From: Octopus sinensis
Taxonomy: Eukaryota
Direction of reading: 5' to 3'
DNA length: 64,000 nucleotides
Assembly: GCF_006345805.1 (NCBI RefSeq)
Contig: NC_043004.1
Span: forward strand, 72,354,001 to 72,418,000
This document shows, one piece after another, positions 24,431 through 36,530 of this stretch (position 1 is its first letter; each line of letters opens with the position of its first letter). A program made the position numbers and the translations under genes. The notes beneath the pieces were generated by a model. It searched no databases. It saw only the letters and a list, made by a program, of their open reading frames with translations, and had not been told where the DNA came from.

Positions 24431-25639
24431 AAGGTAGCGGAGTGGTTATAAGTGGTAAAAGGAAAGAAAAGAAATAGAGAGATAGATAGAGTGAGGGTGT
24501 AGGGTTGGCCTTGTAATAAAGTAAAGTGTATAGGCGCATTGTGTCTAAGAATTGCGTACGGAGCAGCCAGGAAGATAAGAGAGAGGATGAGGAGGTAGAG
24601 GAAAATAGGGTAAAAAGATAGAGCAAAATAAAAAGAATTGAGAGAGAGAGGTAGATGTCTGGTAGTCTTAAAGTCTAAAGTTGTGGAGAAAATTTAGCTG
24701 TAACTTCTTGTGTTTTGGTTAAGGTCAGTGGCTGTAGAGTTATTTTTTATCAACGGGGTCGTGGGTACGTAGTTAGTCAAGGATGGAAGAGCTAGTTGAA
24801 TGTTATATTATTTATGAGTGGGAGTTAGAGTTAGGGGATTTATTGGGTAAAGGTTTTAAAAATAAATTGTTTTGACATGATACGAAATATTTCAACATAC
24901 ACATACATTCGAAGCGATAAGTCGCGTATTTGGTGTGGGTAACTGTTTATTAACTCCAGTTTTGAAGCGCAAAGTGAGGAAGAGAAAGTGCCACCTGGAT
25001 ATGTCGCTTATTTAACTAAAGCAATTTTAGAAGTTTGATCCACCATCCTTCCAAAACATGGTATCTCGTTTCAACTAGTAGGTGAGCTGAAAAATGTAGA
25101 TCAAAATGCCTGACCTACACAAAGAAAACACAGCAGTAAATATACTGCGAGATTTCAACCTGGACAGAAAGAATACATTGCTAAATGCCTTTAGTAATTT
25201 TCTGCTCCCTTATATAAAATAAGAGAAAACGAAATCACCAAAAAGGATATTGAGCAACTATAAGTTACCTACACAAACGATGAACCCTAAAGCTATTAAA
25301 TCCAACTGACCTATTAGGAGGCCCCGAATTTCTCTTCAACAAGAGACAGATCTTCCATATTAAAATATTGCAATTCAGACAAACTAAAGTACATAAGAAG
25401 CGACACGTCTCGTATTTGGCGTGGAAGACTATTAATCGAAAATACGATGAATAATATCTCCAACTTTGGAGCCACACCTATCAGCCTTGTTAAATAACTG
25501 GTTAATCTTCAGATGAATTAACCGAGGGAACTTTTTATTCACGATCGTAGTGATTTTCGACTGAAACTTGAACTTAGCATGCAGAGAGTTACTACAAACA
25601 ACATGACTGGACACAAAATCAACAACACAATCGAGGAAC

Positions 25640-26640
25640 AAAACGAAAATAACGCTCAACAGATAAACAGATTCTTTCTAGCTGTTGTAATAGAAGAAAG
25701 CGTAATAACAAAGCTGATTTCTCTTGGAGTTATGAATTGAATACTGATCTATTTTAACTGCTACGCAAAAGCGAAACAAAAACCCGCCGTTGGCTATACG
25801 AATCGATTGAAATCATATTGGGACGATCTGCATCCAGAATTAAATCATTTTACTGCGAAACAACTACGCCATGAAGCAACATTTGCAGAACATGGAAAGA
25901 AGGTTAGTAATTGTAACTTTATTAAAAAATCGAAAACTAACCTTCTTACCAACTCAATAAGCAAAAACGAAAACGTGGACGATATAAGACCACCTCGTGG
26001 TTTCACATTAGTGATATCCCAGCGGATTCAATAATCCCTGCCAACCAAACTACATTACTGGCTCAACTAACTGACCATTGTCCCCCAACTACGACTATGG
26101 TAATTAGCAGGCACAACCGCAACGATTATTGTAGTAATAGTAGTAGTAGTGGTAGTCAGGATTATATGCCTGTGAAATGTGCCCTTACTGAAATTTCCGA
26201 GAAATAAACTAATTTGGCTTTGAAGGGCTCTCCCGAGGAGAGAGTATTCTCTATCACAGTAAGTAAAAAAACCCACCAGATATGGTATTAAAAGTTGTTA
26301 ATGAAATTGGTGATAAGTATTTACAACATCGTGATGAGGCCACATTCTGACAGATTAACACCTGTCTATATGCTCTGTCTTCTACTGTAAAACAGAACAT
26401 GAATGATATTTAAAAGGTAAACAAAACCGAAATAACAAAGAAAGTACCATCATGAGTTTTGAAGACAGAAATAAGGCAACTGGTTTACGGAAGACCATCA
26501 GTCATGTAATGAGTTTATTGATGCAAACAAGCGAATCATTATACGTCCCACCGACAGAATTAAAGTAGGAGAGAGAAATGATGTTTGGAAAGAGCAAAAA
26601 CAGGACACTCACTTGCGACACATACCAACGTTCAATAACT
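25640..26640 (+). mobile_element. Decayed N-terminal part of an R4/Dong-like ORF
   Basis: WSYELNTDL..CY...GYTNRLKSYWDDLHPELNHFTAKQLR resembles the R4-clade N-terminus. Confidence 0.55.
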
Positions 26641-26990
26641 GTTATTGAACTTTGATACGTTCGCGTCTTTTTTTTTGGGGGGGGGGTTGTCTACTATATC
26701 AGGAATTTAATCCACTGGATCTATGCAGGATTGAACTGAAGGACTCATGCTCTGGTTTCCATGACTCAGAAAGTTGAACTATGAACGTTTGTGCTTCTTT
26801 TCTCTTCTTTCTTTCCATCTCCTTGTTCTTTTTCCCGTTCTCTATGTCATCATCTCATTAATATACCATTCTCATTTCCCTATTTCTTCCCTCTTTGTCT
26901 CTGATGATGGAATAACATCCCACACTCGGGGATATCTCAGAAACAGCTGTAGATTTAGAATTTTTCCTAAAATAATATTGTATGTTACTT
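26640..26990 (+). mobile_element. Penelope-like terminal repeat with hammerhead (HHR about 26898-26953)
   Basis: TCT-CTGATGA-TGGAATAACATCCC...GGGGATATCTCA-GAAAC-AGCT-GTA. Helix I is weakened. Confidence 0.65.
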
Positions 26991-27119
26991 GAGATATTTG
27001 CCTTGCCTTAATGTTTGCTGTCCTGTTTAACAATTACACACACACCACACACATACATACACACACACACACATACACACACACACCACACACACACACA
27101 CACCACACACACACACATA

Positions 27120-27520
27120 TACAGCAGTGGGCAAATGTAGGTATATGGCTGCTTAATATGAATGAAATGTTCATTTCACTATTTCTTCATCAGTCAACTA
27201 AGGGAACTGCAGAAGATGCTAAGTTCATCGCAAGCCCTCTTCTTTTATATTTATGAGGACTTTGAGTGAATGCTTGATCTTCAAACAACTCATTTTCTTC
27301 AGCGCCAACACCGACCAGTCCCCCTTTTCTGTGCATAGCAAATGGACCCTGTTGTTAGGTATTCTGTAAACTGCTAATTTTGACGGAATTGGTCTTTGAT
27401 ATTCTTCTGTCCATTTCTGTCTAACCATTTCTACATTCTGTTTCCCAGTATTGCTTGATAATCTAATTTCGCTCATCGTTAGTCAAATTTCCAACCATAA
27501 ATATCTGAAGCTATGGATAA
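27120..27520 (-). mobile_element. Tc1/mariner-superfamily N-terminal remnant
   Basis: NVEMVRQKWTEEYQRPIPSKLAVYRI resembles a Tc1-like HTH region. Confidence 0.5.
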
Positions 27521-27610
27521 TTATTTTATAATAGAAATAATTAGTTCAAAAGAACATAGAATCATAGAATTCTTATCCTAAAAAGGAAAAAGAGAAATGA
27601 AAAGAACATT

Positions 27611-28025
27611 ATTAATAGCTGTCGCCAAGCTAACATGGCAGTCCTGAAAAATAGGACGAATGCTGTCGCTGATTAGCTCCATCGCCTCTAGCTAGCTATG
27701 TGACAGACAAACTTGCGTCCATTATAACCTTGGAACAAAGGATGTCCGCAGCTTCCCCTTGCTTGTCCGGCATCCATAGAATAGTTTCGAGGTGTTTGCT
27801 CCTTATCACTGTGGATGCCCGAACAGCAAGGGGAAGCTGCTGACCTCTCCTGTACGAAGGTTATAATGGACACAGGTTTGTGTGTCACATAGCTAGTTAG
27901 AGGCGATGGTCTCTTGGAGCTAATCAACGGCAGCATTCGTCCTATTTTTCAGGACTGCCATATTAGCTTGGCGATAACTATTAATATCCAGTACCGCTGC
28001 CGTAGTCTCCTTTAGAGAGAATTAG
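27611..28025 (-). mobile_element. Foldback element, sister of 13603-14022, with a decayed apical hammerhead
   Basis: The arms 27611-27770 and 27810-27985 are complementary, e.g. GCAGCTTCCCCTTGCT/AGCAAGGGGAAGCTGC. Minus-strand apex GTGATAA-GGAGCAAACACCTC-GAAAC-TA-TTC. Confidence 0.8.
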
Positions 28026-28321
28026 AAATAATGATATTTCTATTTTAGAAAAGAACATTCCACTAATATTAAGCGAATGTATATCTATGTTTCCCCATCC
28101 CTGTACGTGTAGATAGGCAGATAGACAGACAGACAGACAGGCGGACAGAAAGATACACGGATAGACGGACAGAAGATACACGGATAGACGGACAGACACA
28201 CAGACAGACAGATAGATAGATGGATAGATAGATAGATAGATAGATGAATAGATAGATAGATAGAGAGAGAGAGATAAAGAGAGAGAGAGAAAGACAGACA
28301 GACAGACAGATAGATAGATAG

Positions 28322-28945
28322 GTAGGGTGAGCTAGCTGAAACGTTAGCACGCTGGCGAAATGCGTAGCGGTATTTCGTCTGTCGCTACGTTGTGAGTTCA
28401 AATTCGCCGAGGTCGACTTTGCCTTTCATCCTTTCGGGGTCGATAAATTAAGTACCAGTTACGCACTGGGGTCGATGTAATCGACTTAATACCTATGTCT
28501 GTCCTTGTTTGTCCCCTCTATGTTTAGCCCCTTGTGAGTAATAAAGAAATATGTATTTCGTTTGCGGTTACGTTCTGAGTTCAAATTTCGCCGAGGTCGA
28601 CTTTGCCTTTCATCCTTTCGGGGTCGATTAAATGAGTACCAGTTACGCACTGGGGTCGATATAATCGACTTAATCCGTTTGTCTGTCCTTGTTTGTCCTG
28701 TCTGTGTTTAGCCCCTTGTGGGTAGTAAGAAATAGGTATTTTGTCTGCGTTACGTTGTGAGTTCAAATTCCGCCGAGGTCGACTTTGCTTTTCATCCTTT
28801 CGGGGTCGATAAATTAAGTACCAGTTACGCACTGGGGTCGATGTAATCGACTTAATACCTATGTCTGTCCTTGTTTGTCCCCTCTGTGTTTAGCCCCTTG
28901 TGGGCAATAAAGAAATAGGTATTTCGTCTACCGCTACGTTCTGTG
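28322..28945 (+). mobile_element. tRNA-derived SINE with three full and one partial tandem about 183-bp modules
   Basis: The unit GTATTTCGTCTG...GCCCCTTGTGGGTAGTAAAGAAATA repeats at about 28370, 28552, 28735 and 28918. Confidence 0.9.
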
Positions 28946-29409
28946 TACAAATATAGGTAAGTAGCGAGGTAGGTAGGTAGGTAGATAGGTAGGTGGGTTG
29001 GTCGATTGATATGCTTTTGAATTTGCCACCAATTCAAATAGTTTATTTAACTGAGTTCTCCGATTTTTTTTTCTGTTTTTGTCAACCAAAAGACGCAGTG
29101 TCCTTCATTACTGTGCTATTGATTTGCCTCGATCTATTTAATTCATCTTCATATCTTCTACTGCATGTGTGTGTGTGTGTGTGTATTTATATCTGTGCAT
29201 ATATATATGTATGTCTATAATGTAATTTTCAATACATTCAGAACTAATATTAAGTAGGTGCAATGCTTAAAACTACTCTCTAAATACTATTTTTGTAATT
29301 TCATAAATATTCCTGATTTACCCGACTATGCACCATTTGTATGCTTGTGACAACAATCCATAATTCAGTTGATTTTTTTTCGCAAATCTTTTCATTTCAG
29401 CTTTTTCAG

Positions 29410-29456
29410 GCCTGCAACCATTAACTCTAATGAGAATATATGTCGTACTCATGTAA
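29410..29456 (+). CDS. Possible terminal coding exon of the PAN gene (ACNH* in phase 0, or (G)LQPLTLMRIYVVLM* in phase 1)
   Basis: Strong tandem acceptor TTTTCATTTCAGCTTTTTCAG in otherwise unique sequence. Linkage to the gene is not demonstrable from the sequence alone. Confidence 0.3.
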
Positions 29457-29485
29457 AATACATCGTTCACGATACTTTGTTTGCA

Positions 29486-29760
29486 TACGTGGTCTCATCA
29501 ACAAGTATCCGAACTCTTGCCATAGTAACGAAGCTGAAGCACACAGTGTAAAGCTACTCAGCACAGATTGACCTTGGACTCTGCTCTACATGTGCACTAG
29601 GTTTTAACGTTCTAGCTCACTTCGCTGTTTACAACAGTGCTTGGAAGGAACGTGTGTAGTGTGTGATTGTCGCATTGCCCATGACAGAGAAGTTGAACAG
29701 AGAATCTGCATTAAATTTTACTAAAAGCTTGGCGATACCTGCTCAGAGGCCTACGCAAAC
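29486..29760 (+). mobile_element. mariner 5' fragment
   Basis: TIR-like TACGTGGTCTCATCAACAAGTATCCGAAC, followed by EQRICIKF..KLGDTCSEAY. Confidence 0.7.
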
Positions 29761-29817
29761 TTTTCATCGTTCTCGACTCAATCAAGGGGTGCAGTTCTAT
29801 ATTTAAGAGATGAGGAA

Positions 29818-29967
29818 AATGTACATTATTTACATTATTTACATTTGACTGATATTTGTCGTTATCTTATTTGTTGTTGACACAACGTTTTGGCTGATAT
29901 ACCCTCCAGCCTTCATCAGGTGTCTTCTCATTCCTAAGGTATTCTTCGATGTTGTTATTATTATTAA

Positions 29968-30005
<38 letters not shown>

Positions 30006-31200
30006 TCACTGCCTGAAATCGAAGTCAGAATCTTGGGGTTAGTAGCCCGCGCTCTTAACCACTACGCCATATGCCCAAGGACTATTATAGAGTGAAATTT
30101 AGGGCTTATAAATCCAATATTTTCCTATCCTTCCTTAATAGGGTGCCCATCTGCTACTGATATCTGCACTCGATCTGCTTAGGAAGTTGTTGAGTCCTAG
30201 CATATGTGCTGCTTCTTATAGTTTTCGTATCTTCCAGTTCGCTGCCTGTTATTTTAACTTCATCCCACGGTGTGGGTCCCTATTTTTCCATATATCATCA
30301 ACTATAACCGATTTATCATATCTCCCTGTGTTACAGCTTTGCGATGTTTGTCTTCCCTTATTTCGAGGGGTTGGCATGTTTCGTCTTTGTATAACCTATC
30401 ACAGCTGCATGGGATGGAATACATGCAATCTTTGACACATTCTCTTCTATTGGTGGTTTTACTCGAAGAAGATATTTGCGAAGTGTTGTAGTACACTTGA
30501 ATACTGACCTGATGTCACATGGGTCGCATATCTTTTGTATCTTTTCGGAGAGGCCTTTCACATAGCGTAGACAGACTGTGGACGGCTTATTGGTTTCATC
30601 CCCTCTTTTCTTCATAATCGGGGTGGATAGTATGTTTTTGGGGTTGTTGTTGCTTAATAGATTGTTATTAAACTTGATAATTTCTTCGTGGTGTGTTTCA
30701 CGATCGCTACTTATATTCTTTGCTCGATGTTTTAGGCACTGAGCAATCCATCTCTTTACACTATTGTGGGAATTGAAGTTGAGGTATCGTCCAGTGAAGG
30801 TCGGCTTGAGGTATGCGGATGTCCTGAATCCATACTTGTGCGTGTTTTTAATACGTCCAGGAATGCTAACTGATTGTCTTTCCCCTTTTCCATTGTGAAC
30901 TCTATGGATTGCTTTATTGAGTTCACATGATCTAACAGCACTTGGACATGTTCCTGGTGGGGCCAGAGTATAAATGTGTCATGAGCATATCACAGCCATA
31001 GGGTTGGTTTTAGTGGTGTTGATCCTAACGTCAATTCTCAAACTATTCCATTTATATATTCGCTATTATCGGTGATAATGGCGAACCCATAGCTGAACCC
31101 GCTTTTTGTCAATATATACATCAGTGTCCATACTGAAGTAGGTAGTTTCTGCACAGAAATTCAACATTTCCATGAAGTTTCTTATTAGTATACTCTGGCT
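29818..31200 (-). mobile_element. Penelope-like element (RT C-terminal part + GIY-YIG) with tRNA-like/HHR tail
   Basis: DTFILWPHQEHVQVLLDHVNSI, NQLAFLDVL, YVKGLSEKIQKI and CMYSIPCSC. The HHR at 29879-29924 carries a G12A core change. Confidence 0.88.
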
Positions 31201-32360
31201 CCATTAGGAAGATGTCCAAGTGCTGCTAGATCGTGTGACCTCAATAAAGCCATACATACAGTTCACAATGAAAAGGGAAAAAGACAATCAGCTAGCATTC
31301 CTGGACGTATTAATAGCACGCACCAAGTATGAATTCAGGACATCTGTATATTGCAAGCCGACCTTCACTGGACGATACCTCAACTTCAATTCCCACAATC
31401 CATAGGGTGTAAGAGAGGGATTGCTCAGTGCCTAAAACATCGAGCAAAGAATATAAGTAGCGATCGGGAAACACACCACGGAGAAATTATCAAGTTTAAT
31501 AACAATCGATTAAGCAACAGCTATCCAAAAACATACTATCCACTCCAATTGCGAAGAAAAGAGGAAGAAACCAATAAACTATCCACAGTCTGTCTACGCT
31601 ATGTGAAAGGCCTCTCCGAAAAGATACAAAAGATATACGTGACATCAGGTCAGTATTCAAGTGTAATACAACACTTCGGAATATCTCCTTCGAGTAAAAC
31701 ACGCCAATAGAAGAGAATATGACTAAGAACTGCGTGTATTCCACCCCATGAAGTTGTGGTAGGTTATACAAATGCGAAACATGCCGCCCCCTCGACATAA
31801 GCGTAGACGAATATCGCAAAGCTGTGACACGAGGAGATATTGATAATCGGTTATAGTTGATCATGTATGGAAAAATAGGGACACACCTCCGTGAGATGAA
31901 ATTAAATTACAGACAGCGAACACCACTGGAAACTACGAAAACTAAAAGAAGCAACACATATGCTAGGACACAACAATCTCCTAAGCAGACTGAGTGCAGA
32001 TATGTGTAGCAGATGGGCACCCGTATTAAGGAAGGATAGGAAAATATTGGATTTATAAGCCTTAAAATTCACTCTATAATTGCCCTTGAGTATATGGCGT
32101 AGTGGTTAAGAGCTCGGGCTTCTAACCCCCAAGATTCTGACTTCGATTTCAAGCAGTGACCTGAATATAATAATAATAATAATAATAATAAATAATATAT
32201 GATAATGATAATAATAATAATAACAACAACAACAACAAATAACCCAGGTTCGAAATTTCCCCAACAAACCTGATGATGGCTGGAGGGTATAACAGCCGAA
32301 GCGTTGTGTTAACAACCAGCAAGATGAGAACAAATATCCGTCAAATATAAATAACGTACA
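31200..32360 (+). mobile_element. Second copy of the same PLE in the opposite orientation
   Basis: LLDRVTSIKPYIQFTMKREKDNQLAFLDVL...KPTFTGRYLNFNSH. tRNA-like head at about 32092. HHR at 32266-32310 with a GAAGC core change. Confidence 0.88.
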
Positions 32361-32835
32361 ATCAAGGAGATCTTGTGCAATTGAAACCCGAGTGTCATTT
32401 TGGTCAGTTGAAAGCAGTTTTGATACAAACTTGGCAAACATACGTTTCATACCCAAATTTTCAGTGATGATGGACTGAACCGTAACTCATCTTGAACATC
32501 CTCTCATAACTCAGGGATTGCGATTCGTCCATTTCCCCTCACTCTGCACGAACATCAGTGATGTGTTTTTTCTGCTTTTGCTGGTTACGGGTCTCCCAGA
32601 ACGTTAGTCACTATCGACATTTTCTCGTCCATCTCGGAAACGTCTGAACTACTCCTACACTTGTGTGTGGCCCATACACTCCTCTCCATATGCTTTCTAC
32701 AACAGCGATAGGCCTCTGAGCAGTATTACCATGACAACTTTCTGTCATAGTCAGTGCGCCGATCACACACTAGACACCGTCCTTCCAAACCAATGATGTA
32801 AACAGCGGAAGTAAGCTAGAACGTTAAAACTGAGG
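32360..32835 (-). mobile_element. mariner 5' fragment, same family as 29486-29760, inverted
   Basis: LGMKRMFAKFVSKLL. 32705-32830 is the reverse complement of 29600-29755. Confidence 0.75.
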
Positions 32836-33788
32836 CACACACACATACATACACCACACATTCATACATGCATACATACATACTACATACATACATACAT
32901 ACAATACATACATACACTACATGCATACATGCATGCATACGTATATACATACACACACATATAGATTCATACCTACACATACATACATATATATATATAT
33001 ATACAACACGTACATACATACATACATACATATATACATCATACACTCATACATACATACTTACATACCTATACACACATACATACATACATACATATAT
33101 ACAACATACACATACATAATACATGCATGAATACGTACATACATACACACATACAGATTCATACACACGCATACATACATATTTACACACACGTACATAC
33201 ATACAGAAATACATACCTAAGAACATGCACACATGCATAAATACATACATACATACATACATACACACACGCGCACACATACATACAGTTATACATGCAT
33301 ACATATATACATACAAACATACATAAGTATATGCACACATGCATAGATGCATACATACCTAACATAAATACATACATACACACGCACATGTAGACACATA
33401 CATACAGTCATACATACATCCATACAAACATCGCCATATTACCACGTACATCAGACCAAAGTGCACATTTTTACCACGAGTGTGACTTACATTTTTTCGG
33501 TTTTTCTTCGTCTTACTTCTTTTTCCACTCCACTCACATTCGAAGAAAAACAAATGTCCGAAACGTTATAACAACTCTTTACATTTGTTTAATACTTTTG
33601 ATTGTTAATTAATCCCAAATTCTTTCCGTGTTCTTCAATCTCTCTCTCGCTCATCACCCCTCTCTCTCCTCCCTTCTCCCTCTCTCCACTTTCTCTTCCC
33701 AGTCTCTTTGCCTTTTTCTCTCACTCTTACTTCATACGTGCACGTATATATATATATATAAAGATATATATATATATATAAATATTAA

Positions 33789-33853
<65 letters not shown>

Positions 33854-34042
33854 GATTGGTATTTTTACCTTGTTAACTGTTAACACGGAAAAAATTAATA
33901 AATAGTTACCAGTGCAGCAAAAATCTCACGTAAAGGTGTTGTAACTCCTTGTTTATAAAGGTAGAAACTTTGTGTTTACGTTGAATATTTTGAATAATAT
34001 GAATAAAAAATGGAGTTAACGCAGGTGTAATCAAATATTTTT

Positions 34043-34128
34043 ACTTTCGACACATGTTTCGAAAATTCCACTGATAATATTCAAAAGAATAAATGGTATA
34101 AACAATGCAATCTTCTCCTCAGTAAAGT
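34043..34128 (-). ncRNA. Type I hammerhead in the PLE 3' repeat
   Basis: ACTTTA-CTGAGGA-GAAGATT...AATTTTC-GAAAC-ATGT-GTC-GAAAGT. Confidence 0.75.
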
Positions 34129-35531
34129 GAAAAAAACGAAACTCGTCAATAAAACATTTTAGCAAAAGATGATGGATTTGTATAGCGATAGACAGAACGC
34201 TATTAATATTGTTTAAAAAACGTTATATGATAGAACGTCATAAGTAGCTAACAAAAACAGTAGGGATATTAATAGTGAATGTTAAATATAAAGGAAATTA
34301 AAGTTTAAATTATATATAATGATAGAGACTACTTATATGCACTAAATGTATGTTTTTGCCAATGCTTACATCTGTATGCTCGCTCTATAAAACCGTGTTT
34401 ACTAGAGTATTTTTAGAAAAAGTAATGAAAATAGCTCAGAATTGCAGAGAAGACAGAATTTCTTGCCTTTTGTCATATGTATCGAAATTGAGAGAATCAA
34501 CCATTCTAAATGAAATTGTTCATTGTGGTCTTTTAAATCCCAAATCAGTTTGCTGAGACCGCTACTATTCCGTTTATTTCTATCCCTAAACGTTGAGTAA
34601 TGGATAGAAATTCTTTTAGATAACTCTAACAATGTGCTTCCAATGTAAAATCGTACTTTATTACGAGTACTGATTATACACTGGTATATAGAATTTTTAA
34701 CCTTAGAGTTACTTGACATAAACTTAATTCTATTGGAATTGACTTCAGATACAATAACCTTGTTTATTAATATTTCTAGAGAGTTGGATGGTATTAGCTA
34801 AATTAATGTTAGTATTAGTAAATGTATTAATATTTAACAGTTTGTTATTATGAGAAGAGATAATTTGCAAGAGAGTTTTTGTGTTTGAAAAACCTATTCT
34901 AATCTTGTGTGAATTGATTATAGAGTAATATCTAGAATTGTTTGGAAAATTCCTAGCAATAGCTTGACGAAACAGCAGTGGGAGATTAGATTTAATTTGT
35001 CTCCCGTAAGGAATTATTAACCAAATATTTTTACTAGTACTCATAGCGTAATTACTTTTGAAGGTGTTATATTTACTTATAGATCGATAATAGGGGATTA
35101 AATAAGGGTTATCTGCCTTCATTCGCTTTGTATCGGTGCGTAAGTTATATTTGTTATCAATAATTATTTTACGACTAGAAATCTTATCTACATTATTGAA
35201 TTTACAATTAGACTGAGCAGAATCTATGTAGAAAATTTTCTCTGTATAACCTGCTTGATTAAGGCAGAGTTATAGAATTCAGCGTTATTATTGAAAATAT
35301 CAACATTTGCAGATAATTTAGATAATCTAAATGAAATATTCTTAACTAAGTTCTTAGTAATTGCTCCAGGATGATTACTAAATTTGCTAATATACTTAAG
35401 ATTGGTCAACGGTTACGATATGGGAGGTAAGAGTCACTGTGTAAATTAAGCGTAATATCTAAAAAGTTGGCCTTCGTCATATCGTCATCAAAATTTGCTT
35501 AAATGTCTTATTGACGGGTTTTTCGTTTTTT

Positions 35532-35619
35532 TACTTTCCTGAGGAGAAGATTGCATTGTTTATACCATTTATTCTTTTGAATAGTATTAGTGGAATTTTT
35601 GAAACATGTGTCGAAAGTA
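35532..35619 (+). ncRNA. Type I hammerhead in the inverted PLE repeat
   Basis: TACTTTC-CTGAGGA-GAAGATT...AATTTTT-GAAAC-ATGT-GTC-GAAAGTA, with a 7-bp helix I. Confidence 0.8.
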
Positions 35620-35802
35620 AAAATATTTGATTACACCTGCGTTAACTCCATTTTTATTCATATATATATATATACAATGGTTGTATACTGTCAATTATAT
35701 ATATATATATATATATAATTGACAGTATACAACCATTGTATATATATATATATATGAATAAAAAATGGAGTTAACGCAGGTGTAATCAAATAGTTTTACT
35801 TT
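35614..35802. repeat. About 190-bp near-perfect palindrome centred on (AT)n
   Basis: AAAGTAAAAATATTTGATTACACCTGCG...CAATGGTTGTATACTGTCAATT(AT)n AATTGACAGTATACAACCATTG...CGCAGGTGTAATCAAATAGTTTTACTTT. Confidence 0.9.
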
Positions 35803-35863
35803 ATATATATATATATTATATATATATATATATATATTAAAGATATATATATATAATATAATA

Positions 35864-36286
35864 GTTGTATACTGTCAATCTAATGTGAACGTGACAGTAG
35901 GGGGTTACACACCGCTGTTTAGCCCTAGGAAGCATCGCCGCTTTCTGATGGCTTCGACAAATTTTTTCCAGTGTCCTTATATACATTTACGAAGGGGAGA
36001 CAGTGAATAAACTTCATTGAAAATTAGATATATACATTTGCGAATCAGGACAGATATTCTCGTCTGGCGGGCATCTGCTACTGACCGATGATGGACAATG
36101 ATCCTGAAACATGCGTCTCTAGATACAGGCCTGGCTGCTGGGGTGTGTGTCTCCCCTTCGTAAATGTATATAAGGACACAGGAAAAATGTGTCGAAGCCA
36201 TCACAAAGCGTCGATGCTTCCTAAGGCTAAACAGCGGTGGTGTAACCCCCTACTGTCACGTTCACGTTAGATTGAGAGTATACAAC
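35864..36286 (+). mobile_element. Foldback element (about 140-bp arms) with a decayed apical hammerhead
   Basis: GTTGTATACTGTCAATCTAATGTGAACGTGACAGTAGGGGGTTACAC and its reverse complement ending at 36286. Centre CCGATGA-TGGACAATGATCCT-GAAAC-ATGC-GTC at 36085-36117. Confidence 0.75.
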
Positions 36287-36530
36287 CATTCTATCGCCCC
36301 ACCACCGTACATATCTCTATGAGAGATTAGAAATTTAATATTTATATACACACACACATATATATATTATACTCACATCTTAAGTTTTATGAAGTTCCGA
36401 TAGAATATGAAATATTTTTGTCTTTTTGCATAATTGTTCTCGAAGCACATCACATAGAGCTATCAGAGTTATGTGTGAGAGAGCGTCTGAATCTTTGTAA
36501 GTATATATGTATACATATTGATATTTATAT

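Larger units (their letters stand above)
33990..35670 (-). mobile_element. Penelope-like element (thumb + GIY-YIG) bounded by inverted terminal repeats
   Basis: SNHPGAITKNL, KIRIGFSN..IISSHN and NSIYQC..YIGST..KRISIHYSTF..LSKLIWDLK..CLLC. 33990-34160 is the inverse of 35490-35665. Confidence 0.9.

Noticed and set aside
28370-28945. Regularly spaced repeats resembling a CRISPR array
   Set aside because: The units are contiguous about 183-bp SINE modules with no unique spacers, in a eukaryotic context.
30003-30075. Possible functional tRNA gene (also about 562-642 and about 32092-32165)
   Set aside because: There is no complete acceptor stem, and the sequence is embedded in a repeated element, so it is treated as a tRNA-derived head.
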